This document shows positions 29,671 to 43,777 of a stretch of DNA of 64,000 bases, piece by piece. Source of the stretch: the human T2T-CHM13v2.0 reference genome, Homo sapiens. The stretch's first letter is position 1. The number at the start of each line of letters is the position of its first letter. Location of the stretch: assembly GCF_009914755.1 (NCBI RefSeq), contig NC_060927.1, one strand, 5' to 3'. Under the pieces are notes generated by a model. The model was not told the DNA's origin, did not search any database, and saw only the letters and a program-made list of their open reading frames with translations. Position numbers and translations under genes: made by a program.

Positions 29671-32479
29671 AGCTGTTAGCAGTAGTTGGGCTTTTTATAG
29701 AGGGCTGGTGACTTGTGCTTGTCTGAATGCAGGAAACCAGGCCTGTGTAGCCTTCGGTCTGTTCTAACACTGAAGTTTTGTAGTTGAGTGCTGACTGTGG
29801 TGCATAAACTGAGCATTTGGATACCTACATATCACACCACAAGGTTTTGGAGGGGCTCACTTTGCTTTAATCCCTGTTTCATCCAGTTTCTCTTTTTCTC
29901 CACATGCCTTCACAGAGGCAAGGGGAGCATGCTGAGTCTAGAATTTCTAATCAAAGCTAACCACATCCCTGTCATTGTTGGATAATATTACAAATTAGAC
30001 ACGTTGTTCCTGTTTTGACTCAGAATCACAGCAGGAAGCAGCTAAATAAAACTGAAACAACCCACAAGTGCCTTTCACATAAGTGATTAGGGTAATCGCA
30101 GTTCTGTACTTGCCAAAGGGATTCATTCCCTCTTCATTTTTTCCATGGAAAGCTTGCTTTGGGCCACAAGGCCTTCTCTTTGAATGACTGCGCCATTATT
30201 GGCCAAGTAGTGCTGATAAATGGTACCTGTGGGTTGTTGTGGGATTTAAGGAGATGATGCTTGGGAGCGCCCAGCACAGTGGCTGGCACACAGTAGGTGC
30301 ATCCTTTCTTACTTCTTCTTCCCCTGATTAACGAGAACACTCTACACCAAGACACATACCTCTTCTGAACGGTATAAACCGTTGCTACTGAAAGTGTCTA
30401 GACCAGCAGCAGCAGGATCACCCGGGAGCTTATTAGAACTGCACAACCTTGGGTCCTCTGGGGCCTATTGCATTAGCATCTGCCTGTAACAAGGCCTTCA
30501 GTGATTTGTTTGCACACTGAAGTGTGAGAAGCACTGGTGTGAACTCACCAGGTAGGGATGGAACCAGAGATGGAGGTCTTATTAACTTCATGCTGGTAAC
30601 TCCCTGAGCTAATGGGCCCATGAGGAATAAATTTGGTCTAAAGCCTGGTCATTTGGAAATGAACTAAATATACTTTACTCAGTCAGCTTGTGTAACAGAG
30701 CTCTCCAGTGGCATGTGGGTCTTTTTCAGCAGTGACAATAGTTTATTTTTTAAATATACTCCACAAATGTTGTTCTGGTGTGGATCTTAATGTGGAGAAA
30801 ATCAGACACCTTTTCAGTAAGCATTTCTTTTGTTTCTGTGATCATGTTCATGTTAGTTTATTGTATTTGTATTAGTTTATCTGTGGGACTATCCCTTAAT
30901 ATTTCCCAAAACAAGAAGACATTTGCGAATGTTTTCAAGATGCATTGTACAAGATACTGTTTTGAACTGGATCAATGAAGGAGATGTTTGGTGGCCTTGG
31001 AAAGCCCTGGAGAGTAATAGTGTGGTTCTAAGAAGAGTTGGCCTGAATCAGTTCATTCTTGGGTTGTTTGCTAAGATTGTCTGCTGAAGGTGGGTACGTG
31101 GAAAACAAGATGGTAAGCCAAGGAGGATGAAGGGAGGCATGCTGCTGGACCACTTCCAGCTCCCAAATGACTGGATCTTGGCCATCTTGCTTTTCCTGCT
31201 AACTTAGAACTGAACTGCTTATTCTAGAAAATGAGAGGCACTGGGGCCATATAGGAAAGGGATAGCATTGGACCCAAGTCCTAGACTTTCAGTAGTTTGT
31301 TTGCAGGACCAGGGTCCCACCCCTTTTCCAATTGAAATGTAGGCAAGGTGGTGGCAAGCCCATGGCCTAGGCTGTGGGAACTCATAGAACAACTATAGTG
31401 ATGATCGCTGCCTTGGATTGCAGCCTACTCTGAATGTGTGCACCTGTGCTAACTACTTTCAGGTGTGTTGTCTTGTTTCATAGACTCATTACATTTTTAT
31501 GATGAAGTGAAACCCGTGAATTGGCTCCTCCAGACTTCTCATTTTAATGACAAAAAAGTGGGTCTCCAGAGAGGAGCTGGGATTTTCCAAGATCTCATAG
31601 TTTGTTCCTCACTTTTTGTCCGTAGGAGAATCATAGAAGAACCAGATAATCTTGTCTCTTATAGAAGGAATACCCTTACCCTTCCACATTCCCGTGGTGG
31701 TGGTGTGTTTGCTTTTTTATCAGTCTTAACCCATGGGAGGCTGCACAACTTACATAAGAGGCTACCTGTTCTGTTTGCCAAACGGCAGCCCAGACCCATC
31801 ACTGAGCATGTCCTTGGCAAGAGGCACAACCTCAGGCTGACACTGTTTCCATGTCCGTGAGAAATGATGTGTATAAACGATGGCCAGTAAGATGCTCATC
31901 TGTTGGGAAGACAACAGAGGGCAGGGCTGAGAGCATGGCTTCCCTGCTGATTGCCTGTGTTCAGATCCCAGCTCAGCCGTGTGTAAGCTCTTGGTTCTTG
32001 GGGTAACTACTTGTTTACCTCTCTGAAAAATGGGAGTAGAAATAATGAATACTTTTAATAGGATTATTTTGAGGATAAATGTATTTATTTATGTAGAGAA
32101 CTTGGCACGGCACCTGGCACAGAGTGAGCACTTAATGAATTTTGACTGTAAATAGTTATTACTGTTCCACTAGATTCAAATTTCTTATCTTTGCCTTTAG
32201 CTGGATGAGTGAGGAGATTTGTACCAACGTCATGTATTCTCCTCTTCCCTGCAAATTCCTCCACCTGAGTCCTATTGAGGTGCTCCCCATTATAAGGAGT
32301 CCTGTGAATCAAAGTGGTATGTTTACTGTAAAGAATGTGGAGGATGCTGTTCACTGCATTGTATTGTTATCTTCATGAGGAAGCCAGGAGACATTTATTT
32401 TGGCTCTCTGTTTTAGAAAGGTGTTCTCCTCATGACGACCTGTTTGCCTCTGATCTTAAGGACACTTTGAAGCATACCG

Positions 32480-32670
32480 AGCAGGGGTCTGCAAACTTCT
32501 TTGATAACAGGCAAGATAGTAAATATTTTCAGCTTTGCAGGGCAGAGTCTCTGTCACAGCTACTCAACTCTTCTGTGGTAGCAGCCACAGACAGTGTGTA
32601 AGTGATTGGACGTGGCTGTGTTCCAGTACAACTTCATTTACAAAAACAGGGCTCAGGCCAACCCCTGATA
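32480..32670. mobile_element. MER58A-like hAT element
   Basis: caggggtctgcaaact...agatagtaaatatttt...tctctgtcacagctactcaactct...gcagccacagaca. Confidence 0.75.
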
Positions 32671-35600
32671 GAGATATTCATGGTTTTTGTGTTTCTCTCT
32701 CAAATGCTAACTACCAGAAAAGCTTAGAGTCAAATCTGAATCATGCTTCTAGCAAATATGTACCTACACATTTAGCATACTAATATCACTCTTGCTTACC
32801 AGTTTTTACCCTGTTTTCTCACATTTATATTCCATTTGTCATAATTATAGCTCCTGTCTTGACTGTATCTTCTTTCACTGTGTTTTTTGTTGTTGTCGTT
32901 GTTGTTGTTTTTGGGAATGGGATAGGACTGTAAGTAAATAAATCAATTATATCTTGCTAGCTTAGAAACCAGGACTTGAGTAACCACTTCTGACTCAAAG
33001 TTCAATCTATGTGGTTAAATAGGGAAGCAGACCATAAGATGTATGCCCAGTGGTGCACGTTGCTGACTCGCAAGCTATGTGCAGGCTTTAGCATTTAGTG
33101 TGGTGATGTGTGCCCTCTAACCTGAGATGTTGAGAGAGGGGCAGAGAAGAAGACTTCTTGTAGCCACAAAGTTTCATTCCTTCCTCTCTCATTGTTGTAG
33201 CATTTCTTTTAAGTGAAAACAGCCTTTTTGGTTTGCTAGCCTATCTCTGGCAGGAAGACAAATTATTTTTTTACAGTATCAGACACGCGGTTTCCTGTCT
33301 ATGTTTAACTTGCTAGCAGAACATCTCAGCCAGCTGGTTCCCTCTGGACCCATTGTGTCCTTAATGTCGTTGCTTTACACCATCCAGCAAACCCACTCTG
33401 TGTACTGATCGCATGCATTGAGCATTTTGTTGACTTCCGTTGTTTTCCGAGTAAGGGAAGTCTTAGAAATGCTGCCCTCTTTCTCCCAAATCTCATTTTA
33501 TGTTTGTTCAGCTCCAACACCAGGGAGCTGGCTTCTTGGGGAAATGATTAGTTCTTGCATGTAAGAAATGAAAAGAGTAAATGGTGTTTTGGTAGCTCTG
33601 GGGGATTTTAGGTATGCTGCCTTGGAACTGTGCACTCACGCCTCAAAATAGCTGGCTTTCCAGCTGTGCATTTTTGTTTCAAAAGAAACAAACCAGATTT
33701 ACTTTCTGGTCTAAATGCAGAAGAAAAAATAAGTGTGGAAATATGGTTGAGAAAAGTTGTTAGAAGAGGAAGAAAATTATGGATTAAAGTTGCTAGTCTC
33801 ATTCCTGAGAAGAGAAATCAGTTATTTGAGGTGATGACTCAGAGCTGAAGCAGCTTTTTGTTGTGAACCAGCCTTGGTTAGAAAGCACACTTGGAATTCA
33901 TCAATATGGCCCTATGTCTGGCCAAGGAAATAATAAAGATTTTGCATGATAGAGGACACTGTGACTCAGTTGAAGGAAGCTTAGAATGTATTTGAACTGA
34001 ATTAAGGCAAAAGCAACTCGCTTTTCAAGATTTTTTTTTTTCCTAAGTAGCAAAGTAAACAAAGCTGCACTGAGGCCAGATGTGCTTTCTGGTTGTGAAT
34101 ATTTGTACTCTAGAACCTCATTCTGGTATGAATCAGCAGAGTGGAATCTAGTATGGACACAGGCTGTCTCAAATTCCATCCACTGGATATGAGTGGCCAA
34201 GAAAGCAGTCGGACCCATACTGCTGGTGCTGTAGCAAGGTTCGGGTGGTTCCTCTGCAGCCTCAGGTCTCTCCCACTGCGGCCTCCATGTGTTCCATAAA
34301 CTCCACACCCATGAGTAATGGCAAGAAGGGTCCACTGAGACCTTTTGCTGCTTTGCGAGTGTCTCAGTGTCCCACCAGGGGAAAAAAAAGGCTCAGGGAG
34401 GTGGCTAACCACTGTGAAATTGACTTTTATTTCCACCCACGTATACTCCAGAGGCTGTATTCACCACCATTTGGACATCTGGATGACTTGCCTTTGGAAA
34501 GTCCTTTTGTATTCTAAATCGCTCCTGCATGTTACCTGTTGTGGAAAATATCAATTTTGCCATTACAAATTATGCTTTTTTTTAAAAACATGTTAACTTT
34601 TAGAGAAATAATTTATATTTGCTTATCTACTTTTAAAAATATACATATATATGCCTTTTGTTGCCTAATTAGAGGATATAGTTGGTTCCAATGTCAAGAA
34701 CAATTTCTCTGAAATGTAGTCATTAAAATTATTCCCATGTCTTTCATTTTCCAGGCCCCATCCTATTCGAAATACCTGTTTCTTCCACCAGGCTGATGTA
34801 GTTATGCTTAGGCTTGGCTGCACATTGGAAACACCTGAGTAGCTTTAAAAACTACTCATTAACTGGGTCTTACTCCTGCAGTTTCTGACTTAATTGGTCT
34901 GGGGCCTGGTATCAGGAATTATTTTTTAATTCTTCAAGATATTTTAATATGCAGCCCACATTGGGAACCACTGGACTCAAGACAGTTTGTTCTGCCAAAT
35001 CTTTTTATATTTTTCGTCACGTTCCCCCTGTAGCCTGGAAAGGGACGGTAACAATTAAAGAATGGCAGCTACCACAGGAAGGAGCCAAAATTATGCCTTC
35101 GAAGGTTAGAGGAGGAGAAAAACCAACACCTGTTTTACCCCATCCTTGGAGGAATAGCAAGACACTTTAAGAGGGGATATTATTTTGTTTTCTACAACAA
35201 TTTACAAGCAATTGCTTTGGAACAAGGTCAACGGCCTCATTGGGAATAGGCATCTTAGCTTTTAAAACTGATTAAATTATACGTTAAAGGAAAGCACATT
35301 TTAAACCTTAATGTGTCCAAAAGGTTGGATGGCAAGGTTTGGGTGCTACTGCCTTGGCAGAGACAAGGCAGGGACCAGGGAGGCTGTGTGCATGATTTTA
35401 GGAGGTGAGAAACTCAGGTGGGAAGGAATTGCAGAAGCCTGTGGTTCACCTGGAAAGCCAGGGAGAGAGAGAGGATGTATTCTGGTGACCTAACAGGTAT
35501 TGTGAATAATGAATATGCTTTTCCAAAGCGATCTGGTCTCCCTGTTGGAGAGCATCCTGAAATAACTTAAGAAATGTACCTTGCTTTCAGGTTTCCTGAG

Positions 35601-38464
35601 AACATGAGGGCCCCTAGACAGAGTACAAGGTGTAATTCAGACAGCCAGCCAGAAAAAGAATTAAAGAATCAGGGCAGGTGTGGGGATCCTAACAAAACCT
35701 AAGCTTTTAGTAGTCAGAAAACTGCAATAACACAGAAAAGAAAATGAAAAAAAATCTTGTTCCAAAGAACATATATCAGGTGTGAAACTCTCTTTGTGGG
35801 AGGACAGATGTGTCATCATTTCCTGGACAAAGCCTGGTACCTTGTAGGCACCCTCCTAATGTTGGTTGCCCTCCTTTTAAAGTCAGAGCAAGAGAAGTAG
35901 CAGGAATCTATATCCTAAGGAGGAACATAAAGGGTGAAAAGCACAGTGGAAGGGATGCCTAAAAGAGCAAAGGCTGAATCAGGGTTTTAATGGCCTGAAA
36001 TGACCAATTTTCTAAAACTTGACAGGTAGATGTAAAATCAGACATATAGGTTCAAACAATCGATTGCAAAGGAGCACTTGTCAAAACACTGGCTGGGAAT
36101 CTGCTCATGTGATGAAGACCCCAGGGTTTAGAGGTGAGTTAAGGTCATTTTGAAATCAGGATGATCTGGCTGAAAGAATCAAAACAAAACAGAAAGAACA
36201 AACCATCAGGAGCCTTAAACTCCACTTGGTGGAAGAGGAGGTGAGAGTCCTGCTGTAATCTTTGCTACACAAGTTATATTCCAAGTATTATATCTGTGTC
36301 TATCAAAACACATGATGAAGAATCTTAAATAGCAAGCGTGGTTTCAGAGAACAGATCACTTTACCCTTAGAAAAAAGGTCCTGGCATTTATTGGGCGCTA
36401 TATGCTGGGCAGGCTGATTTTAGGGTCTGATAAATCTGTCAGACTTTAGAGTCTCATCAATGTATCTCTTGAAAAGTAACCGAGGAAAACATGGCTGTTC
36501 AACCTGAAAATGAAATGATCTAGGGGTTGTGAGTTTCATATCCAGCAGGAGTTTAATAGTTCTCATCCCATAGAAAACGGATTCATTTTGTTACTTTTTG
36601 CTTTAGAGAACAGCAGAAGGACCAATAATAGAAGCACACAGAGGCTACATTTGACTTAATGTAAAGAATAATTTTAAACATATCCCAATATTTAGACTTT
36701 ATCCCAATATATCTGCAGTTAGAAATATTGTGATTTGATTATGGAATGATAACAAAGGAATGATGTCCTTCTACCATAACATTTTCAGGCAGAGGTTTCA
36801 CCTCTACCTCTCATGGGTATTCTAGAAAGAGATTATCATACTGGATTAGAATACATGCAAGGCTTTTCCATCTGGGAGAGAGATAAGAAGGAAATAATAC
36901 AAAGGAGACTGTGCCATGGGATAGGAGAGGTGGCGAATAGCTTTGTTCTGAAATATGTGCAGTTGGAATAAAACAACCACATTGATTGGAGAGAAGACTT
37001 CTTTCATCGTTTGAGGAAAAAATACTCTCAAAATATATCCAGAATGTCAAACAGTGCTATCAATAGCTAGAAGTTAAATTAAATCCTTCATTGCTAGTGA
37101 GCTTACTGTCCTTTTGTTGTTTAATTGAAATGACTTTTTATTGTTTGCCTAAATTGGTGTGCTTTTTACTAGGATGATGGATGGGGAAGCATATCTCATT
37201 CTACACTCCTCCACCAGTTAATTGACTAGAAAATTATCATGGGCCATTTTCTCATTGGCTAGTGCTGAATACAGCTGTACCAGAGCTTTGCAAACAATTC
37301 CACTAAGAAATTTTTTGTAGGAGGAAAGCATCTCTATGGCAGAGTACCAAAGAACTTAACTTTATTTTTGCTAAACTGTTTAGCAAGAATAAAATTTACC
37401 TCTGAAACTTGAATGTGTAAATGAATCACTGAGAGAACTTTTAAATGCGGATTCTGATTCAGTTAGTTGAGGACAGCGCTAAGACTCTGCATTTCCAGTA
37501 AGTTCCCAGGGGATGCTGATGACTGCTGGTCTGCGGGCACACTTAGAATAACGAGGTGACAAGTTATTCTTTATGTAACATGCCAACAAAATTTTTAAAG
37601 GTACAGAAAATGATGGCAAGATCTTTGAACTCTGCAATATGAAGCATATATGTGAGTGCTTAGCTTTCACTCTCTTTCTGTGTGTGTGTGTGTGTATACA
37701 GATACTAAGACACAGATACATTCACATATATACATCTAAATATATATACAGTACAGTCCATATTCAGATTTCTTCAAGGTTATGGGTCTATTGTTTAAAT
37801 TCGGAATCCAGTCAAGGACAACACATTAAAATTGATTGTTTTGCCTCTACAGTGTATTTTTTTGGTTTTCATGACATTGACTTTGATTTGAATAGGTCAG
37901 ACCATTTCATGTACTTTATAAAGGCACTTTGTAGATTTGTCTGATGATTTGATTAATTCAGATTAAACATTTTTTAAAGATTCTGGTGTTTTTATTGTAG
38001 GAAGTTTTTTTAAAACAGTAATTCTGCAAAAAAGCAAGGTTTGCCATTTGTATTCAGTCATATTAGTAGCAAGACGACTACAGATGCATACTTGGATGAT
38101 AAAACAAGTTTAAAAGCTCAAGAAAATGATAACTATAAAAGCCAGGAATAGTGATTACTTTTTAGAGGAAGGGAGGGATCTCCGATTGAGTTGGGGAACA
38201 TGAACAGACTTCTGGGGTGGCCAGCAAAATTATATTTTCTGACCTGACCAGTGGTTACAAGAGTGTTGATCTTATAGTAATTCACTAAGCCAGACACTTG
38301 TTTTATGCACTTTTCTGTATCTGTGTTTTATTTTGGAATGAATTCTTTTTCACAAGAGAGAAATCAGAGTAATTTCTCTAATTTTGAGGGCCATACTGTG
38401 CTCTTGGGCCAAGTATATTATTTTAAATACCCTTAGGAGAAAGGAAAGAGGAAGAGAGGGCTAA

Positions 38465-38775
38465 CTTTTTTTGGGGGGGGGAGTTGGGGGGGCAGGGGGA
38501 GATGTTCTCGTTCTGTTGCCCAGGCTAAAATGCAGTGGCACCATTATAGCTCACTGCAGTCTTGAACTTCTGGGCTCGTGATCCTCCTGCCTCAGCCTTT
38601 TAAGTAGCTCAGATTACATGCCCACACCACCACATCCAGCTAATTTTTTTTTTTTTTATACAGACAGGGTCTCAATATATTGCCCAGGCTGGTGTCAAAC
38701 TCCTGGGCTCAAGTGATCCTCCCACCTCAGCCTCACGAAGTGCTGGGATTACAGGTGTGAGGCACCATATCTTCC
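38465..38775 (-). mobile_element. AluJ, antisense, with G-run in the tail region
   Basis: atagctcactgcag, cctgggctcaagtgatcctccc (AluJ-type). Confidence 0.9.
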
Positions 38776-41147
38776 CCCCATTTTTTTTTAATCATCTGAG
38801 TGGCTTCAAAGCTTTTGTTCTTTCCATACCACCAAGCTATCTCCTTAACAATGAACTGTGAGATCCATTTAATAATTCTGAAAATTTCCAGTCACTTCTG
38901 TCACTCATAGAGGCCAGACTTAGTTGCAAATAAGGAGCCATTTGCAAATGTCAGAGTCTTGTTACATAAATATTTTTTTAAAGACAAATGTCAAATTCTT
39001 TTTTTTTCTGTCTTCCAAAGATAAATGTTAGTATGCCATAAAAAAAAATACAAACTGGCAGAAAACCTCAAGGGGAAATCCTGTGGTATACTTTCCTTTG
39101 GAGTGATTGAAAAGTAAACAATTTGTCTTATAACTTGAGTATGCATGTGCGCACACACATGCACACGCGCGTGCGCGCACACACACGTTGCTCTCAGCCT
39201 CTTTTATGTCCTTTGTTATGCCGACACCAGTTCCTAAAAGGAACTTAAAACTGAACCTCCCTAATCCACTATTTTAAATAAAAGTCACTTGGTTAAAAAA
39301 ATAAAAGCATTAAATTAAGGCCAACTTGGTAAATAAAATCCTATGTGGATCAGTTAATGTGTCTTGATAAAAAGCAAATCAACATAGCTGAATTTGGGAG
39401 ATAGGCTCCTACTTTAATATTTGAAGTAGTTTGGCAATTCCTCCACTCGGTAAAGGAGTTTAGGGTGAACATTTAGTGGGATACTAATTTATCCGAGCAA
39501 TAGAAAGGGACGTGGATGACAGTTTTTCGCACACCTTGGTGTATTAGTGCACTAATGAGCCTCAGATGCCAAGAGAGATTCTTGTGAAGTTGGCAGTGAA
39601 GCTCTAGCCGCAAGGATGTTCACATGCCAGCATGTTCACCTAAAGCGAGAGTATATATGCAACTGGCTGAGATCCAAAGAAGGAAACTGTGCTAAAGAGA
39701 GATAGCTGAGGGGAAGGAAGAACTTCCTGTCTCAAGTCATGTTAATTATAACATTAAAAGGACAGCATTCATTTATTGAGTACTTACTAGGAACAACTTT
39801 TACTTAACAAGAATACTTATTTACTAAGTAGACAAAAATGTTGTAGAAGCAACCAAGGTTCAGTATCCTCCTCTGTAAAACGGGGGTAAGAGAATCTAAC
39901 TCATACATAGGGTTATTGGAGAAATAAAGTAGATCATGTTTACAAAATAAATTGTCCGGTGCCTAACCCAACAAAGCACATCGTATATGAGTTATCTTTC
40001 TTATTGTTACAAGATTTCAAAGGAGGGCTTCTCCTCAAATTCTACACTGCGGAGCTCCCTTCCCACTCCACAGAAGCTCCGACAGCATCCACAGTTGTCC
40101 ATGTGCAGCACAACAAATCAAGCCAGGCAGATCTCCCATTGGCACTAGTTACCAACTTCCTAGAGAAACCCATCAATCTCAAAATTCCTGCTCTAGCAAG
40201 TCCTGGAAAAGAGACTAGAGCCCAAATGCCTTCACTCTGCCAAGGGAGCTTCCCTTTTTGTGTGTCTGTGCCATGGACTTCTTGAAGTAGGGAAGCCTGT
40301 GGACCCCTTCTCACTGTGATGTTTTTTAAATGCATAAAATAGAACATGGAGTATTTCAAAGAAAACCAATTACATTGAAATACAATGACCAAATATTTTA
40401 AAAATGAATTTGTGTTATAGTAATATATGTTTCTATAATAATGCTTTAAATAACAATAGCAGCAGATCTAAACAATTGAAATGTCTAAATGGTGAGCGTA
40501 AGTCACATGCTGAGACGTCTGCAACAACAAACTCATAGGTACAGCTGATACTAGGAAATATTAATTTTTAATTAAAGGTTAGAGAAAATAAAAAAAGATG
40601 CAATTTTTGCCCATTCAAATTCACAGACCCACTGAACTCTATTTATGGAACCCAGGCTAAAAATGTTTACTATTATAGCCTCATTTTTTTATGGGCCTTG
40701 GATAAATTCCACCCTTATTTTTAATGCCCTTCAGAGCTATATCTAGTTCAATGTTATTACTATTCATGGAAGGTCCCAATAGTGCAACAATTATGTTTTG
40801 AGCTCTGCTAAGATCTAGGCCATGAGAATAGGCTCTGAGAAAAGAAAAAGATTTGGGGGTTCTCCTTCACATAAAACTTTTTATTTCCTGGCAGGAAAAA
40901 GATGCATATTTACAGAGACACTACTAAACTGTGGTTCTTAGTTCAGAACAAAGGAATATAATCCCCATACCCAAAATATACTCCTTTAGACACATTATAC
41001 AAGAATTGCCAATGTCAGTCGGTGGATGGCTGTAAAATCACTTAGTCCAGGCTACACTAAAGAAAAACACTTTATCAAATTGGGAGCTTATATAAAGTCA
41101 TTCTTCCCCTCCCCCGCAACCCCTACCCCCCCACCCCCGCCCGCACA

Positions 41148-41427
41148 AACACAGGGTCTTGCTCTGTTACCCAGGCTGGAATGCAGTGGCAGGATCATAG
41201 TGTGCTGCCGCCTTGAACTCCTGCCTCAAGTAAAGTAATCCTCCTGCCTCAGCCACCCTAATAGCTGGGACTACAGGAAGCACCACAGTGTCTGGCTAAT
41301 TTTTTTTTTTTTAAGTTTGTGTAGAGACAGTCTCACTATGTTGCCCAGGCTAGTCTCAAACTCCTAGGCTCAAGTGATTCTCCCGCCAAAGTGCTAGGAT
41401 TTCAGGTGTGAGCCACCACACCCAGCC
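41148..41427 (-). mobile_element. AluJ, antisense, with C-rich tract in place of the tail
   Basis: acagggtcttgctctgttacccaggctgga...gagccaccacacccagcc. Confidence 0.88.
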
Positions 41428-42419
41428 TAAGATCATTGCCATTCTTAGTTGGCTCTCACCAATATGAAGTTTAGAGATCAGGTATGGGGTTGAGATCAGA
41501 AGTCTCTCCAATCAGGCAATGCTCATTGTAAATACCAGCTTTGCTGTTGCCTAAATTTATCATCTGGGAAAATTACTTAAACTGTCTGATCTTTAGCTTC
41601 CCTATCTGTAAAATGGGGTTTATAATAATAGCAGTTTCTACCTCATAGGGTTTTTCTATCAATTAAATTTAAATATTCTATAAAATCCTTAGCACACAGC
41701 CAGGAACTTAGTAAGTGTTCAGTTTATGAGTTTCTCTGTAACTGGCGGCTGATGAAAAGAAGCATTTCCTGTTGGTCTTCGACTAAAGGAGATGCTGGCT
41801 TGTACCTACACCAACAGCTGTTGGGTTTTCTAGTAGCAACCCAAGGGTTAATACTGCCAGAGGGTGTGGGTGGCTCCTGTTTAGATAAAGCCACATCCCA
41901 AAGCTTCCTTCCAGCCCTGGTTGCTATTGTTAGAGTTTTTCACCACCTCTTTGAAGTTTCAAGATTGACAGATGTTATTCAAGAATTCCTCCCCCTCAAA
42001 TTTTTTAAGTGTAAGTCTTCTAAAGAAATAACAGGAAATTTTAGGAGAAAGTAAAACTTTGGTTTCTGACATTGAACTGGGGATTTCTAGAATCTTCTTC
42101 AGTCAGTGCCACACATAAACTTAAGGGGATTTCTGTTTTTGTGTTTCCTTTAGGCTAAAAAGGAATTGAAATTAGCAAATACGACTGTTTTTATAGATAT
42201 TTAGGAATTGTAAAATAAAATTATCCATGATGAATCAACATTTCATCTGGACGTTTTAGTGAATTAAGGACAAAGCTAAGTAATTATGCAGTTAATATTT
42301 AAATTTTTTCAAATTGTATTTCTCATATGTGAAAAAAAATTGACTACATATTCACATTTGGCCAAAGTGAAGTCTCTCCAGATTCTGCCAATGAGGTTAT
42401 TAAAATAACACCTCTAGAA

Positions 42420-42625
42420 CAGGGGTCAGCAAAGTTTTTCTGTGAAGGGCCAGATAGTAAATATTTTAGGCTTTCTGGGCCAGATAAGATCTCTGTTGCA
42501 TGAACCTCTTAGTTTTATTGTTTTTTAAACAACTCTTTAAAAATGGGGATGGAAATCATTCTTAGGTCATAGGACTATACAAAAGCAGGCCATGGACTTC
42601 TGAGCCATAGTTTGTCAAACCTTGC
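42420..42625. mobile_element. MER58-like hAT element
   Basis: caggggtcagcaaag...aagggccagatagtaaatattttaggcttt...gccatagtttgtc. Confidence 0.75.
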
Positions 42626-43487
42626 TGTAAAATATAAAAAATTTGAGAAGTATCATTCCACGTAAGTAATCATTCAGCTTCTAAAACAAACGTTTGTTGA
42701 ATACCATAAATTGCCCCATTCTGCCCCAGGTGCTGTGTATATCATGATGATCAAAACAGACCTGGCCACTACCCTGCTTTGTCAGGAGAGAAGCAATCAG
42801 ATAATCAAGTGGATTTCTGATTATAAGACATTCCATGTAGTTACAGACACAGAGACCGGAGACAAGTGGGTACTTCAAGCAAACACATTCATTGGATACC
42901 ACATATAATAGAGGTGGAGTTTCAGGCAGGGAGCATTGTGGAAGTGGTAAGCCTAAGTGGAAATGCCGACTGCTGGATCGGCTGTTGTGTTTGAATTTGT
43001 GTTGTGTTCATCTGCCCCCTTAATTTTGTTTGCTGTACAACAGGGACAGTCCATACATCTCCACAAGAGCATCTTTTTTTTCTTTTGCATTCAATCATTC
43101 TGTAATTGCTTTGTCCCACCCCATTTCTGCCCTACTCTTGCCTGTTCTTTGTCCCAATCCAAGCCTCCCAGTGTAAGAATTTATGTTTTTAAGGATCAAT
43201 CACCAAATTTTCTCACTTTCCCTATACTTTTAAAATGCATTCATATATCTTTCCAAAAAATGGTGATTTTTTTTTTCCCTCTTGGTTGCTGGAATTCTGA
43301 TATCTTGGGGTTACTTCTCTGGTTACTAGACCCAAGATTTTCATCTAGAATATATAGTCAGTGGAAGTTGGCATTTCCACTCAGACTTACCTTAAGAACA
43401 AGTAATCATATTACACATAAACCTTAAAAATGGATATGTACCAGCTTCATTTCTCACTGTTTCGTTAGATGAAAGTTTCAGATGCTG

Positions 43488-43762
43488 GGCCAAGCGCACT
43501 GGCTCACGCCTGTAATCCCAGCACTTTTGGAGGCCAAGGCGGGCAGATCACAAGGTCAGGAGTTCAAGACCAGCCTGGCCAACATGGTGAAACCCCGTCT
43601 CCACTAAAAATACAAAAAAAAAAAAAAAAAAAAAAGCTGGGCATAGAGGCTAAGGCAGGAGAATGGCTTGAACCCAGGAGGCAAGGTTGCAGTGAGCAGA
43701 GATCGTGCCATTGCACTGCTGCCTGGGTAACAGAGCAAGACTCCATCTCGAGAAAAAAAAAA
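43488..43762 (+). mobile_element. Alu, sense, with expanded central A-run and right-arm deletion
   Basis: Alu left arm, ~A22 linker, right arm lacking the cctgtagtcccagctact segment; TSD gaaagt(t/a)tcagatgctg. Confidence 0.93.
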
Positions 43763-43777
43763 GAAAGTATCAGATGC

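Noticed and set aside
42957-43427. Longer intronic ORFs (156 aa here; also 31465, 33901, 57224, 57640)
   Set aside because: Mostly non-ATG starts, no domain or splice support; lengths expected by chance in 64 kb
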